Source of the DNA: the human T2T-CHM13v2.0 reference genome, Homo sapiens
Strand: one strand, 5' to 3'
NCBI RefSeq assembly: GCF_009914755.1
Contig: NC_060930.1
Length of the DNA stretch: 64,000 nt
The notes under the pieces were generated by a model. That model worked only from the letters and a program-made list of their open reading frames with translations, did no database searches and was not told the DNA's origin. Each line of letters opens with the position of its first letter. Within the stretch, counting starts at the first letter, position 1. The position numbers were made by a program, and so were the translations under genes. Shown one piece after another: positions 42,450-56,369 of the stretch.

Positions 42450-42732
42450 ACAGTCTTCCCTAAGCTTCACAGGGATGCAGAGTCAAGGGCTCTCTTTAGT
42501 AGCAAGGACCTTATTAAAATAATTTTCCCCTCATTTTAAATTGAGTGTATTATCGATTATATATGATCATTTTCTAATGAATAAATGAGACCAACTATAG
42601 CCAGCATCCAAACTCCACCACAGGCCCCTTTAGCAACTGAAGGCACCAAGGGCTCTTTGTCTGTCAGCGCCACCTGTGGTGGCCTCATCACTCTTGGTTT
42701 CTTGCCAGCATAGCTGCCACATTTTTGCATTA

Positions 42733-43190
42733 AGTATCAGTCATGGTCCTGGCTGCAGACAGAAGATCCACTCAAATGGGATTACTAAAGTTTGATAAAG
42801 GGACCTTTTATAAAACTGTGTGGAAGTTAAAGGAAGCCAGCAAGGGATGGTGAGGCACCCTGTGACTTACAACAGTGGAAGCCTTTGTCACTCCGGACCT
42901 GATGCAGGGAAGTGATTATCAGGACCCTGAGAGAGCCTTGTGCCTCTAAGAGACAGCTATGGAGACAGGCTGTGATGCCCTCCATGACCCTGCATGGAGG
43001 GGCCAGAGAGGGAAATGAACACTGGGACCTTGGGCTCCAGTCTCCTCCTGGTGGGTCTCATCAGCCAAGCCCAGAGTGCCTCGCAGGGTGCCATGGATCT
43101 GGTCTATGCAGATCGGCCTCCTGAGGCTCAAAGCAGGGCACAGAAGGAGTAGAGAGTGCCTCAGGAGCAGCAAACAGAAATGCTGGGTGT
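42733..43190 (-). mobile_element. LTR33-like ERVL solo LTR
   Basis: gtatcagtcatggtcc...tttgataaagggacc...agcagggcacagaaggagtagagagt. Confidence 0.7.
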
Positions 43191-45242
43191 GGATGAGGGA
43201 TGGCCATTTCAGCCAGGTCTCTGAGTCTTCCTGCCCTGCCCTGCTGTCTGGATGATTCCCAGGCTCATTTATAGCCTCTCATCCATATCATAATGACCAT
43301 GCTCCATGATGACCAAATCCCTCCTCACAGGAAAAAACTAGTGGGGAGAAAAGATCAAAGCCAATAGGGTCTGCTCATTCTTGTTGCTCCTTTAAAGAGT
43401 TGCTAAGGGTGCCTAAAGATCTGAAACTGACTCTTGGTCATGGTTACATACCCAACTGCCAATTCTGGTGTGTTCAGTGACTATTATACAGTCACCAACT
43501 GTTTATTGAGATAATACATGAAAGAATAAATAAAAATGGTCTTTTCTCCCCAAAGTAGCTTCATCTACAGTAACTATATGTCTTAGAACTTCTATAACAT
43601 CCTCATTTCAAATATTCTTACCCAGTGTTCCCCTATAATTACAGTTATATTTGATAGACCAATTGCCCTGGTTGTCAGCTCTGAATACATAGTCACTGTA
43701 GCTATCCAGATCTGGTTTTAGCATGCCAAATATAGGTGCTGAGGGCAGAAATGGCAACTGATAGATTGCAGAGTTCATGTACTGGAGTTATCAATATCCT
43801 TGCTCAATGGCACATTGTAATACACCAGCCCTGAAACCAATTTTGTGTGTTTAAATGAAAGTACAAAAATCAATTACTAGAGAAGGATTATTTTTGTATT
43901 GCAACCTCTTGCCTTCCAGAGTAATTCAAAAATCATTATAGACCAACATATTCAGAGAAACACACTTTTTTACCTCTTTCCTGACAGATTTTCTCTTACA
44001 AAAAAGGGAGAACATGACAACCTGTTTATTGAAAGGTAAGGAAAGTCTTTGTTTTACTGTTATTTCTACTTGAATCCACAGTGATTCTCTACTTCAATCA
44101 TTACAAACTAAGTTGTCAAATATAGTCAGTTTAAAAGATAAGGAGAAACTAGCATCCTCATGCAGACTGTTATAAAACCATTTTTGTTTTATTCGTCACA
44201 TTAGCATTCTATTGCCCTTTAAATGCCACAAGTTCAAGAGCACAGCTGTATAAATCCTGAAAATATTTCTTCTCATTAAAATAAAACATGAGGATACAAT
44301 TTCCTAGGACATAGATGACAGAGAAACGGCAAAATAAGAATCAAAACAAGTTGGGTACGATTACACATAAGAGGCTGGGTGATTTTCCAATCAAAGCTTT
44401 GTCACTGTTCTATCACTAAGCTAATCAGGAAAGGGTTTAATTTGTTTGTTAGCACCTGCTACTTTTCTTTTATCATATAAACCATAATTAGAAAAATGGA
44501 ATTTATTCACTGAGGTGTGTTGAAATAGAAGTTGTGCCACTTCATTCTAAAGGAAGGATTCACGTCATAATGTATATGCTATTCTTCTTTCAGAAGTGCT
44601 TGCTACCTGTGAACAAACTGGATATCATTTCCAAAGCTACATTATCATAGTTACAGAGGAGTGTGCATTTACCAAATCACCACTACCTCAAAACTCACAG
44701 TAAGCTAAAGCAATCACAGTAGATTGATCTAAAAATTAGAATAGGAAAAGAGCAAAGAATAAATGAATTCTGATTTTTGTCAATGTCTCATATCCATGTT
44801 TTAGACCATGTAACATAAGGGATAAAATGTAATTTTCACCAATATTCTCAATGATTTATCTCCAAGAACACACAAAAAGAAGATTTCGTGCTTTATCCTA
44901 CTCTCCTTATCACAAATCTTGGCATTTTCTGCAGTTTTAAATTCTTACTTCATCTTTCTTTTTTCATCTATATCCAGGTCCTTTGAACGCGCCTTCCAAA
45001 ATCCTTCTTTAAACTTTCTTCTTTCATTTTTCCCATTTCTCATGACTGTTCTGGTTTGTTACATATCCAACTTACCTCCAGCCTTCCAGCTCTTTTCCCT
45101 GTCTTCTAATCCCTCCCTATTTTTTCTGCTGCACTGTGATCAAAATTAGCTCTATGACATGTAAATGCAGGTATGTGTTTCTCTTGATAAATCATACTCC
45201 ACTTCTCACTCTTGTCTATAACAGTGATTCCCAGTGAGAAAA

Positions 45243-45480
45243 TCTATTATATAATAAATTTAATTATATATTATATATTAATTATATATTATGTATTAAT
45301 AATGTATAATTATATATAATATATGATATATAACATTATATATTAATGTTAAATATTATATTATAAATATAAATATATTAATATTACATAATATATAATA
45401 AAATGTATAATTGATATATTAATTATATATCATATGCTATATATTAATAATGTACAATTAATATCTATATTATATATTTA
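45243..45480. repeat. AT-rich low-complexity tract
   Basis: Almost entirely A/T, degenerate (TA)n. Confidence 0.95.
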
Positions 45481-45687
45481 GATATCGGTCTACTGTTTTC
45501 TTGTCTGTCTGGGTTTGATATTTGATATCAGGGTAATAACTAGCCTTATAGAATGAATTGCGAAGTATTTCCTCTTTTTCTATTTTTTGGGTAGCTTTTG
45601 AAAGATATGTATTAAATTTGCTTTAAATGTTTGTGGAATTCACCACTAAAACTAACTAGGGCTGAGTTTTTCCTTGTTGTAAGATTC

Positions 45688-45813
45688 TTTTTTTTTTTTT
45701 TTTTTTTTTCTGAGACAGGGTCTCACTCTCTTGCCCAGGCTGGGCTCAAGCAATCCACCCATCTCAGCCTCCCAAAGTGCTACGATTACAGGTGTGAGCC
45801 TCCGTGCTCAGCC
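45688..45813 (-). mobile_element. Alu monomer (FLAM-like or internally deleted AluJ)
   Basis: gagacagggtctcactc...ctgggctcaagcaatcc...gagcctccgtgctcagcc; TSD tgttgt(a/g)a(g/c)att. Confidence 0.85.
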
Positions 45814-46167
45814 TGTTGTGACATTTTTATTTACCAATTCAATCTCCTTGCTTATTATAGATCTCGTCTCATTATCAATTTCTTTTTGAGTCAGTTTTGG
45901 TAGTTTTCATCCTACTGAGAATCAGTTAATTTCATGTAATCTATCTAATTTGTTAGCATACTTTGTTCCTAGTACTACTCCCTTATAATCTTTCTTATTT
46001 CTGGAAGGTCAGTAGTGATGTCCCATCATTCATTCCTGATTTTAGTAATTTGAGTATTTTCTCTTACTTTCTACACCAGCCTAGCTAAATGTCATTAATC
46101 TTGTTGGAGAAAAAAATAGTTAAAATGAAAAATAACGTATTTATGTAGTCTTCTGTATTTACCTGCC

Positions 46168-46273
46168 TTTTTGTTTTTGTTTTTTTTTTTTCTTTTGAGA
46201 CGGAGTCTCGCTCCGTCGCCCAGGCTGGAGTGCAGTGGCGCCATCTCCATTCACTGCAAGCTCCGCCTCCCGG
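46168..46273 (-). mobile_element. Severely 5'-truncated AluY
   Basis: gagacggagtctcgctc...gcaagctccgcctcccgg (AluY diagnostics); only the last ~75 nt plus tail. Confidence 0.85.
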
Positions 46274-47904
46274 TTACCTAAGTATTTACCTTTACTAGTG
46301 TAGTGCTCTTTGTTTATGTGGATTTGAATTACTGTTTTGTATCCTTTAATTTCAGCCTGCAAGACTCCCTGCAGAATTTCTTGTAGAGCAGGTTTGCTAG
46401 TGACAAATTTTCTCTGTTTTTATTTTTCTGGGTATTACTTAATTTCTTCTTGTTTTTTCAAAACAGTTTTGCTGAATCTAGAATTTTTAGTAGACTGTCT
46501 TTTTCTTTTTGCACTTTGACTATGTAAACCCACTGCCTTATGCCTTCCAGGGTTTCTAGTCATTTTTCTCTTGATACTTTCAAGGGTTTTTTTTTTTTTT
46601 CTTTGTCTTTGACTATTGACAGATTGGCTATGATATGTCAAAGTCTGGATCTCTGAGTTTATTTCACTGAGAGTTTATTGTACTTGATTTGTTCTACTTA
46701 GAATTTGAGTGTGTAGGTTAATATTCTTCAACAAATTTGAGAATTTTTTAGATGTTGTTTTTATTAAGTACTCTTTCGGACTCTTTATCTTCCTCATATT
46801 ACTAGAATTCCTATTATGCATACGCTGATATACTTGGTGGTGTCCCACAAGGCTCTGAAGCTCTGTTTATCTTTCTTCACTCTTTTTTCTTTACATTCCT
46901 CAGACTGTGTAATCTCTATTGACAGATCTCTGAGTTCACCAGTTTTCTCCTGCTAGTTCAAATCTGTTGCTCAGCCCATCTAGTGTTGTTTTCATTTCAG
47001 TTATTTACTTTTCCTCTCCAAAATTTCTATTTGGTTCTTTTTTGTATATGTAATTTCCATCTCTTTATCACTATTTTCCACTTGGTGAGACGTTATTATC
47101 ACACTTTCTTTAATTCTTTACATATTCTTTATCTACTAATCTGAGACCCCTTAAGGACATTTTTCTGTTGACTGCTTTTTTACTGCTAATGTGGCAAAAT
47201 TTTGTTTCTTCTCATATCTCAAACTTTTTTGTTGGAACCTGGACATTTTAGTTAATATATTGTGACAATACTGGTATTAGATTCCTTCACACATATGCAC
47301 ACACCTAAGATCTGTTTCCATTGCTGGTTTTATTTTTCTTGCTGCAGCTTGCTTGTTAGCTACTTTCCTATACTAAGTCTGTAGGTTCTATATATTGAAA
47401 TATGCGGCAGTTGAATTCTCTGCTTACCCTTTTCAAAAAATATACTTGTTCTTATTTTTAACACTAGCTTCCTAGGAATCACACCTGGATCACTATAATT
47501 TAGTGGGCAACCAATGATGGTTGGAAGACTTCCTTTTGTGTTGCCTGTATGTCTTCTACTCTTTGCCAGTGGATGTGTATGGGAAGGCATGCCTGCAAAC
47601 TTCAGGCAGTTTGCAAGACAGCCTTAGCTTTTACATCCTGCCAAGCATAACCTCAGTCAGCCAGAGGTGAATGACTGGGACCTGCTCCTTTCCAGTGTCT
47701 TTCCTGGTAATGCCCCAACTCATGCTCACACATCCCTGCCCATGCATGCAGCCTTTTAAGTCACAGAGAATATTTCAGAGTGTTTCACGGTTCCTTGTTA
47801 GTGTCTAGGTTTCCTTTAAAAAGCCCTCCCAGGGGCTTCTTTGCCTTCACTGAAATCACAGGCTTACACAACTGAGATATTGCCAGCAGTTTGCTATTAT
47901 TTTG

Positions 47905-48975
47905 GTGGTGACCAATAAGATTAACCATTTAGACAAAATTAGAAAATGTCTAAAAAAGCAAAACTTTTCAGGACATATTCAAATAAAAATAGAAAACCTG
48001 AATAGCACTATTAAAATTAAAGTAAGTAAACACACAATTAAAACTTTCTCAAAACAAAAACTCTGGTTCCAGAGAGCATTGCCAATGAATTCTTCAAATT
48101 TTTAAGGAAGAAATAAGGACAATCTCATACAAAGTCTTCTGAAGAATAGTAAAAAAAATCTGAATCTTGACAACAAAACCTAAGAACATTACAAGAAAGG
48201 AAACTAAGATCAATATCACTCATGAACATAGATGCAAAATTCTAAACAACATATTAGCAAATCGAATCAAGCAGAAAATAAAAAGAGTAATACATCGAGA
48301 TATATCGAAATGATTCTAAAAGCAAGGTCATTTTAATATTGAGAATCAATGTAATTCATCAAATCAATAAAATAGGTAGGGGAATTTATAAAATTAAATC
48401 AATACACTCAGAAAACATTCTTATAATATACCTATGATAAAAATCTTTCAGCAAACTAGCAATAGAAAGTGATAATCTGATAAAGAGTCTAAAAATACGT
48501 CAGCAAAACACATTCAATAGCAAAATGTTGAGAGGTTTCCCTCTGATGTGGAATATGTTAAAGGTTACCTACCAACAAAATTATATACAAATCTTAGACA
48601 ATGGAGTAATGGAAGGAACAGAAATGAAATTATATGAATAAAAATATCTTCTACATTGAGTTTTTTAAATTTGACTATGATGTATCTAGATCTACATCTC
48701 TTTGATTTTGTTCTATTAGAGTTCATTCATAGAGATTGAATCTGTAGAATTCAAATTAAACTTGTGGAAGTAAATCTAAAATTATTTACAAGAAGTATAA
48801 CTATGTATTGGAAAATTCAAAAGAACCTATGAATAATGTATTAGAATTAATAAGTATGTTTAGTAAGGAACCTATCTAGGAACTTTGCTACAAATATAAA
48901 AATATAAAAGTAAAAATGCCAAATTTAAAAACATTTTTCATACCAGCAACAAACAATAACAAAATGTGAAAAGGT
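47905..48975 (+). mobile_element. Old L1M ORF2 fragment
   Basis: NKINHLDKIRKCLK..IENLNSTI remnant; ccaatatcactcatgaacatagatgcaaaat. Confidence 0.8.
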
Positions 48976-49499
48976 ACCTATTCCCTTTTACTTTCTTTTC
49001 CTTCCTAGACAATTCAGTACTAAAGCCGTCATGTATGGCAGAGCAACATTGCTGTCTGCTTGGGGAAGGGGTGGCTTGGTGCGGAATCTGGGAACCAGAG
49101 CAGCAGGAGGAAGAAAGAGACCCATAGGAAGCATCCACCATGTGGCCTCAGGCCTCTGCAGAGGAGGAGGCCTGGTGGGCGGCTCAGAGTACAAGCAAGG
49201 TGCAGAGGGTGTCCAAGCATTGTGGTGACATAAAGTGGGACATCAGAGCCCAGGTGTAGTAAACAGGTTAAGCAGAGAAGCCAGGCAGACAGATAGGCTG
49301 GCCCATGGGACCCGAACCTGCAGGGACCCTAAATAGGATGAGGAAGGCACCTATGCAAAGGGTAAAGGGTGCTGGGCAGAATAGGATATTAGTTACAGCT
49401 GGGGATGGACCAAATAAGTAAATCAATTCAAAAGAATGGCAGTGGGTTTTGTAATGTCGCAAAATGAATGAACAAATATGGAAAAAGAGAAGAAAGCTA

Positions 49500-50665
49500 A
49501 AATAACACTGTAATGTTGGATCAGAATTAGAAATGTCAGTGCATACTAATATATTTCAATCTATAAAGATAGAGATGTGCGCACACACATATATACATAC
49601 ATGCATAAATAAACTTCTACATATTCCCTAACTTTGCCCATTGCAGGCCTAGGAGTGGCCATATTCCCAGTGGTGCACAGATCTTACATTATCAATATAC
49701 ATTTTAATACTATTAATATACATTTTAATACTATTATCTACAAAAAGGAATGATGGATCCTTGGATAAAGTGCTGATTCTTAGGTCGGTGCAGGAGAAGT
49801 AAAAAATGTCCCATGAATATCTTGTTATGTACTCTTGAAAGCAAAAAGGCTCTCAAACAATGAATGTATCGAAAGAACCATTTTGAAGGTATACCTGTTG
49901 GCCAAATTGAGGACAATTTGAGCATCAAAATAAATTAAATAAGTAAATGGAATTCTAATCCACTAGGTAAAAGAGAAAACTATGAATCTTCAATGATGTG
50001 CATCTCTAAATACATACAGACAAGATATTTACCTCATTTGAAAATACCTCCCCATAGAAAACACTCATTAATTACTAAGGGAAAAAAGAATAACTTCACA
50101 GTGGATAAGCCTGGCAGACACCACATTCATCAAGTAATCAAGGCAGTAATCATTAGTAATAGAACAAATCAAAATTGCAAGCCTCCTGATAGAATACAAA
50201 AGAACAACAGAGCATCACTACAGTTTTATTTCTGATGAAATACGAATCCTGAATCCATTTCTGAAGAAATATCAGACAAATCCCAATGAGGAACATTCTA
50301 CAAAACCACTGGGCCATGATCCACAAAAGTGCCAAGTTAATGAAAGTCAATAACTAAGGATCTCTTTCTGACAACTGAATGCGACATGTAAATCTCAGCT
50401 CGATTACTTTGCTGTAGGATGTTATTGGGAGAACTAGACACGTAAATAGGATCTGAGGACTAAATATTATTACTATGCCAATGTTAGTTTTCTGATTTTG
50501 ATAGCTGTAGGAGATTTTGTGTTTATGTAGGAGAACATCATTGTTCACAGGAAATGAACACTGAACTATTTAGGGGTAATGGGACATCAGGTAAGCAAAC
50601 TACTTTCATAAGATTCTGAGAATAAAATATCTTTCTTTCGAACTTTTCTATAACTTTATTATTGA
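49500..50665 (+). mobile_element. L1MC-type 3' UTR
   Basis: cacagtggataagcctggcagacaccac; atcagacaaatcccaatgaggaacattctacaaaa. Confidence 0.8.
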
Positions 50666-50679
50666 TTCAAATGTTTTAA

Positions 50680-52500
50680 AAAATGAACAAAATACCAAAA
50701 TAGCATTTTAAAATAATGTGTATTTCTATTAAAAATGGGCAAGACACCGTCATGTTAATCACATGTCAATTTTCTATACAGAAAAATATATAACATCAAT
50801 AAAATAAATGGAAATGGAAATATATGCAATGATGTTAGTTCTTTCCCATATTGTTAGGTAGATAACATGAAGCCCTAATAGAGTTTCCAGAAAATTAATA
50901 TTTTGGTGGAAATTCACAAGTTGTTTCCAGAATGTATATAAATGAAAATGGCCAACATTAAGATAAGCTACTGGGTTTTGAGAAGTTTACAAAGTCATAG
51001 TAATTAAGAGAACACGTTATTGATACAAGGATAGATAGAAATAGAACAGAACAGGGTAAGAGGCCAGAAATAGAGCCTCTTATAAGTGGACACTTTTATT
51101 ACAACAAAGTTTGTACCACAGAGCAGTAGAGAAGGAGCAGTGTTTTCAAAAAATTATGCCTGGTCAACTGGATATCCACTTGGGGAAAAGCAAAATGACT
51201 CCTGGCTTACCACCAAGCAATCTGTACCTTGTGCATTGCCAATCTAAATGTGAGAGGAAAACCCTTCTTACAGAGCCCCTTGAGCAGTGTTGCCTGATAG
51301 AATTTGTGTGGTGATGGAAATGCTTCACATCTGCACCCTCCACGAGGGTAGCCACAGCCATATATTGGTTTTGAGCATGTGAAATATGGCTAGTGTAACT
51401 CAACCACTGAATTTTTACTTTATTTTTATTTTACCTCATTTATGTTTAAATATCCACATGTGGCTAGTGGCTGCTATATTAAACAGTACAGTTCTAGATA
51501 ATAATGGAAGAGAATATCTTTATGTCCTTGGGGTAGGCAGATATTTCTTGATAGAACACAAAAGCGTTTTCCATAAAGGAAAAAACTGGCAAATAAGAAC
51601 TTCTTCTCATTAGAAAACATCAAGAAACTGAACGTAAACCAACACGTAGGAGTTATTGCAACACACATAGCTAACAAGTTCTCAGTCCTGAATCAATCCC
51701 ATAATCATTAGAAACTTACTAAAGAAAATGAGTGTGGAATTAATGGACAAATGGCTTGAACAAGCACTTCACAAAAAGGATAGCCAATGAAGTAGTGCTT
51801 TATATCAGTGTCATCAGGGCACTTCTAATTGAAACCACCATTAAATATCACTACACACCCACCAGAAAGGCTAAAATTTGTAAGACTCACAGGACATGGG
51901 GCAGGGTTGTGGAGGGACAGTCGCACTCCAGTGGTGGTAAATCGGAACCCACTTTATAAAACAGGTATTATCCACTAAAATTAAATGTATGCAAGCCTTA
52001 TGAACAGCAATTCCACTCTAATGGATATGTCCAATGTAAACGCATGCACATGTGTGCCAAGAGTCTTCAGCAAGATGTGTAGAATGTTCCTCAACTTGGG
52101 TTTAGCTGATATTTTCTCATGATAAAAAAAAATCATGGTATGTGGTAATAAACTGTGAAATACAATGAGTATTACAAAGTAATGAAAAAAAAATCACTGC
52201 ATACAAAAACCTGAATAAAACCTGCAAACATAATATTCAGTGACAGAACAGGATACAAAGGATACATTCAAATGGTTCCTTTGGTGTCATCTTCAAAACA
52301 GGTGGTACCTGCCCATCATAGTCAAGGAGGGTAGGCTGTAACTATGAGAGGACCGGAAGGGGCCTCCAAGGTGAGCAGAGTGTGCAGTTTCAGGCCCGGG
52401 TAGTGGATACCTGGGTTTCCTCCCACGTGATCATTCATTCGGATGCATGCTTATGATTGCTTACTGCCTTTTGGTTGGTTACAGGGCAATACAAATTGTA
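50680..52500 (+). mobile_element. L1ME-type ORF2 end and 3' UTR (contains MER3)
   Basis: ttgaacaagcacttcacaaaa; ctacacacccaccagaaaggctaaaattt; cagcaattccactc. Confidence 0.75.
51285..51491. mobile_element. MER3 hAT-Charlie MITE
   Basis: gatggaaatg...tgaaatatggctagtgtaact...ccacatgtggctagtggct. Confidence 0.85.
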
Positions 52501-54209
52501 ACATCATTACTGTAAATTCCTAATCATATATTTATAACATTTACATGCTGTGTGATTTCTTCCCATAAGCCAGCTATCCTAAGCCTAGTTTTATGACATT
52601 GCTACTCCTGCCAGTTTTTTCAAGAGCATGGTTGAATGTTTCCATGATCCTCAAAATTAAATTTGTTCTTTTGAAATAAAAAAATAAACTTGGTATTATG
52701 ATTTCAGTGACACTGAGAATATTACAACATTCCATAATAATTCATTCTTTTATTTTTTTTCCACAGAGAATTTGACTCTGCATCCCCTAAAATAGTGGTA
52801 GGCACTGCTTTAAAAGAATGAAATGGCTTATTCTGTCAAATGGTGATCGAACCCATTTTAACTTTGCAGGATGAATTTTATGGTGCTGACAACTTTTATA
52901 AATGATTTCTGGGCTAAAATATTGAATTAGTATTATTATCCTTCAGTGCGTCATTAGATGTTTAATGAATGTTTTTAACACAGATAACAATGGACACTGT
53001 TATCCTGGTAGACATATAAAAGAAACCATTATCTCACCACTTTAATGTCCTTCTTTGCTTTAGTTCTCTTAAAATCCTTCCAAAAGAAAAATGTGTCTAC
53101 CTCTCTTCATTCTTCATGCCTCTCCGGGGCTTGCATTAGTTGCTAATTGCAGTTTCATGTTTTATCTCTTTTGGTCCACAGGGATCACAGACCTTTTTGT
53201 GACTTCTTCTCTGTAATACCAGCCATAACTTGTTATTTATTTTCAACATATATAATGTGCCACCACTGCCAAGGGAAACTTTCTCTTAGATGAAAAAATT
53301 TCCATAAAAATGGATGTTTGCATTTTAATTGTAGGTGATATGGCTACTCTTATTCTTATCTATGCCAGAGCTAGAAAATAAAAGCAACAAAATAAAAATG
53401 CGATAGGAAAAGGCTAAACCACAGCTCATACACACTCTCTCCTGGTGTAAGCTGCAATAACTGACCGCAGCATGAGACATTAGCAGTGAGTTAGATCAAA
53501 ATGATATTTTTTCTAACATTAATAGCTCAGAGTAGCCCTCATATAAAATCCAAAGACTTGAGTGTTTTTTGAATTATGATTTCTCTGGAAAACTTTGCCT
53601 TAAATTTCATTTGTGGCATTTTGAAATATATTCCAATGAAACCTGGAAAGAATTGTATTTTCCACACACTTTCGCACCTTCCTAGTCTTTCTCATTCCCT
53701 CTTGCTATACAACCTCCCTCTTGCTTACAAAATGGACTCTTTTTTTTTTTTTACAAATTGGGTATTTCTGGTCTATCAGAACAACAGATTTAAAAAAATG
53801 AAAAGATATTTCCACTAAACAGCCCACTGCTGATACAGTATAGAGAGTTTTGTCATACTTCAGAAACCTCACAAAAGAATTACCTGTTTCTCTTGCAGAA
53901 ACTAATTGCGTCCTTTTGGTAGAGTTTCAACTTCCTGGAATAGCAAGAAAACCGACAAATCACTCCTTGGCAGAATTGTTCCTACATTGTGCCATCTGAT
54001 ACAATCCATTAATGCCATTGGAGAGCTGTCACAACCAGCACTTATGATGTGCGTGTGTGTGTTTTCTTTATATTTTAGAGGAAAATAAGAAAAGGAATTT
54101 CTCCTCTTCTAATTAGTAAAAAATAAACAATATTTTCTTTGAATATTCTTCAAACTTTTTTCCATCATTGGAACTAAAGAAGTAGGAAAAAATGTGTATT
54201 TCTTGTAGC

Positions 54210-54530
54210 TTTTTTTTTTTTTTTTTTTTTTTTTGAGACGGAGTCTCTCTCTGTCGCCCAGGCTGGAGTGCAGTGCAGTGGCGCGATCTCAGCTCACTGC
54301 AGGCTCCGCCTCAAGGGTTCAGGCCATTCTCCTGCCTCAGCCTCCTGAGTAGCTGGGACTACAGGCGCCCGTTGCCACACTCGGCTATTTTTTTTTTTTT
54401 TTTTGTATTTTTAGTAGAAACGGGGTTTCACCGTGTTAGCCAGGATGGTCTCAATCTCCTGACCTCGTGATCCACCCGCCTCGGCCTCCCAAAGTGCTGG
54501 GATTACAGGCGTGAGCCACCGCGCCTGGTC
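54210..54530 (-). mobile_element. Full-length AluY
   Basis: caccgtgttagccaggatggtctc, ccattctcctgcc, CpG-rich; TSD ttcttgtagc at 54200-54209 and 54531-54540; extra gcagt and lengthened linker. Confidence 0.96.
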
Positions 54531-56369
54531 TTCTTGTAGCATTTTTTAATGGAGACACTGGAATCATTGTGATTTCTACAGTGCACTAAGCTGAAGCTTT
54601 TAACGCACCACTCTAAACAGAAACTTTATATTTTTGCTTTTTTTCTTCTGCCATGTCTTCACCTCTCTGAATTTTCATACTTGGTAAAGTTGAAGAAGAA
54701 AAAGGAAAAGTAATTGCACCTCGAAGTTTACCTCTTTGCTGAATTTCTTTAGTTATTATTTCAGCTATTTGTGCTTTGAAAGAGTTTTCCTCCCACATGA
54801 AATGACTTTTCCATCTGCCTGAACTTCTGGAGATAAAAAGTGAAAAAAGTGCCACAGATTTCATATCAGAACTGTAGTGTGGGGCCTGTGAGGCTCACGT
54901 GTGTAGGAAATAATGAGGCTTCTTTTGTTTTGTTTTTGTTTTTGTTGCTGCTGCTTTCGCACAGTTGAATCCAAGTAGAAAATAGAGATAAAAAAGGAAA
55001 TGCAAGTCAAAGGTAATTGGGGGTTCACTTTGTGTCATGAGATATTTGTTAGCCCTTTTCCAAAGCTGATGTAATTGTTAGGTTTTTACCTGTCTGTTTA
55101 GTAAAAAGACACAAAAATAGTTGAAATAACAATAAATTAACATCGATTTGAAATCCGGGTCCTTCAGTTGGAAATTCAGAAAGATTCCCTAGGACTCCTT
55201 ATTTATTAAAGATTTTTAAAATTTAAAAGTCTAGCCATTAATCTTTCTGAACATGACACTTTTCAGCCATGTCAGATTTTTCAGGCTGCCACTAAAGAAA
55301 TCAAACAAGGGTCAGAACACAGTAAACACAGAAACTGTGAAAGAAGAAAACCTATGCGTCGCAATAGAGAATATCGAAAAGCTACAGCACCTGTTTTCCA
55401 GCTGGGACTTAGTTTTGCAATCTGAATTTTATCAACAAGCCCAGCCATATCCAGGCTGCCAACAGAGATCTTCTGAAAGCAGAAAGAAACCAAAGTCTGC
55501 ATGGGAATAATCTCAAGCTCTAAAATGAAATCTTAAACTCTATCAAGACATTTTAGCCTCTGAGTTTGTTTTTTTTATTTTGTGTTTGAGAAACAAGACC
55601 ATGCATTTCTCCTTACAGATGAAATTAGGCATGGCTGACCTCAGTGGGTAGCAACTGTGCCCTTCTTATCAAAAAAACTACATGTGCCAGGCACTAGCAG
55701 GCAAGAGGCTGCTCACTGTCATCTGGTAGATGATGGGATGGAAAGAACACGTCTGATTTGAAAGCCAGGCTGATATGCCAGTGCCTCAGCAATTATCATG
55801 CCCATCTGCTCCTTAGCTTCCAAGCTTCTGTGCCTACACCTATGCTGAGAGAGAGAGAGAGAAACAAACACAGAGAGAGAGACAGAGAGAGAGAGAGAGA
55901 CCCTTCAGGCATCTCACTGGCATTTAGCATACAGGAAATTTAAAGCTTTGGATATACCTTATATGAAATCAACTGGGGAAGGCCCTTTTAAAAAGCATGA
56001 CTCCTTAATAGATAATTAACTTAATGCATATATTTCATTGTCCCTGAGCACTTCATATACTGGTGATCTCAGCTCTGCGAAATATACTTATTTGGCATAT
56101 TCAGAAGAAATTTCAATAATTGCTCAGCTATCTTTTTTCCTGTGCTTATCAAATTGTACATGATAGCTATTATCTGAACCTATTCTAGCTCATGACTATG
56201 TATATGGATATGATACAGAAAATTCACCAGCCAAAATTATTCAGGAAAACATCCTTGGGAAATTACCCAAGTTTATTCAATAGAAACTAATAATGCATTC
56301 GAACAGTTTTTGAAATGCATAATATTTATAAAGAACTAAATATGTATATATTACATATATGAGTCAGTC

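Larger units (their letters stand above)
45481..47900 (-). mobile_element. Old L1M fragments (ORF2 piece, then ORF1/5' region)
   Basis: ttgatatcagggtaataactagccttatagaatgaattg; gaatttcttgtagagcaggtttgctagtgacaaattttctc; ttggtggtgtcccacaaggctctg. Confidence 0.8.
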
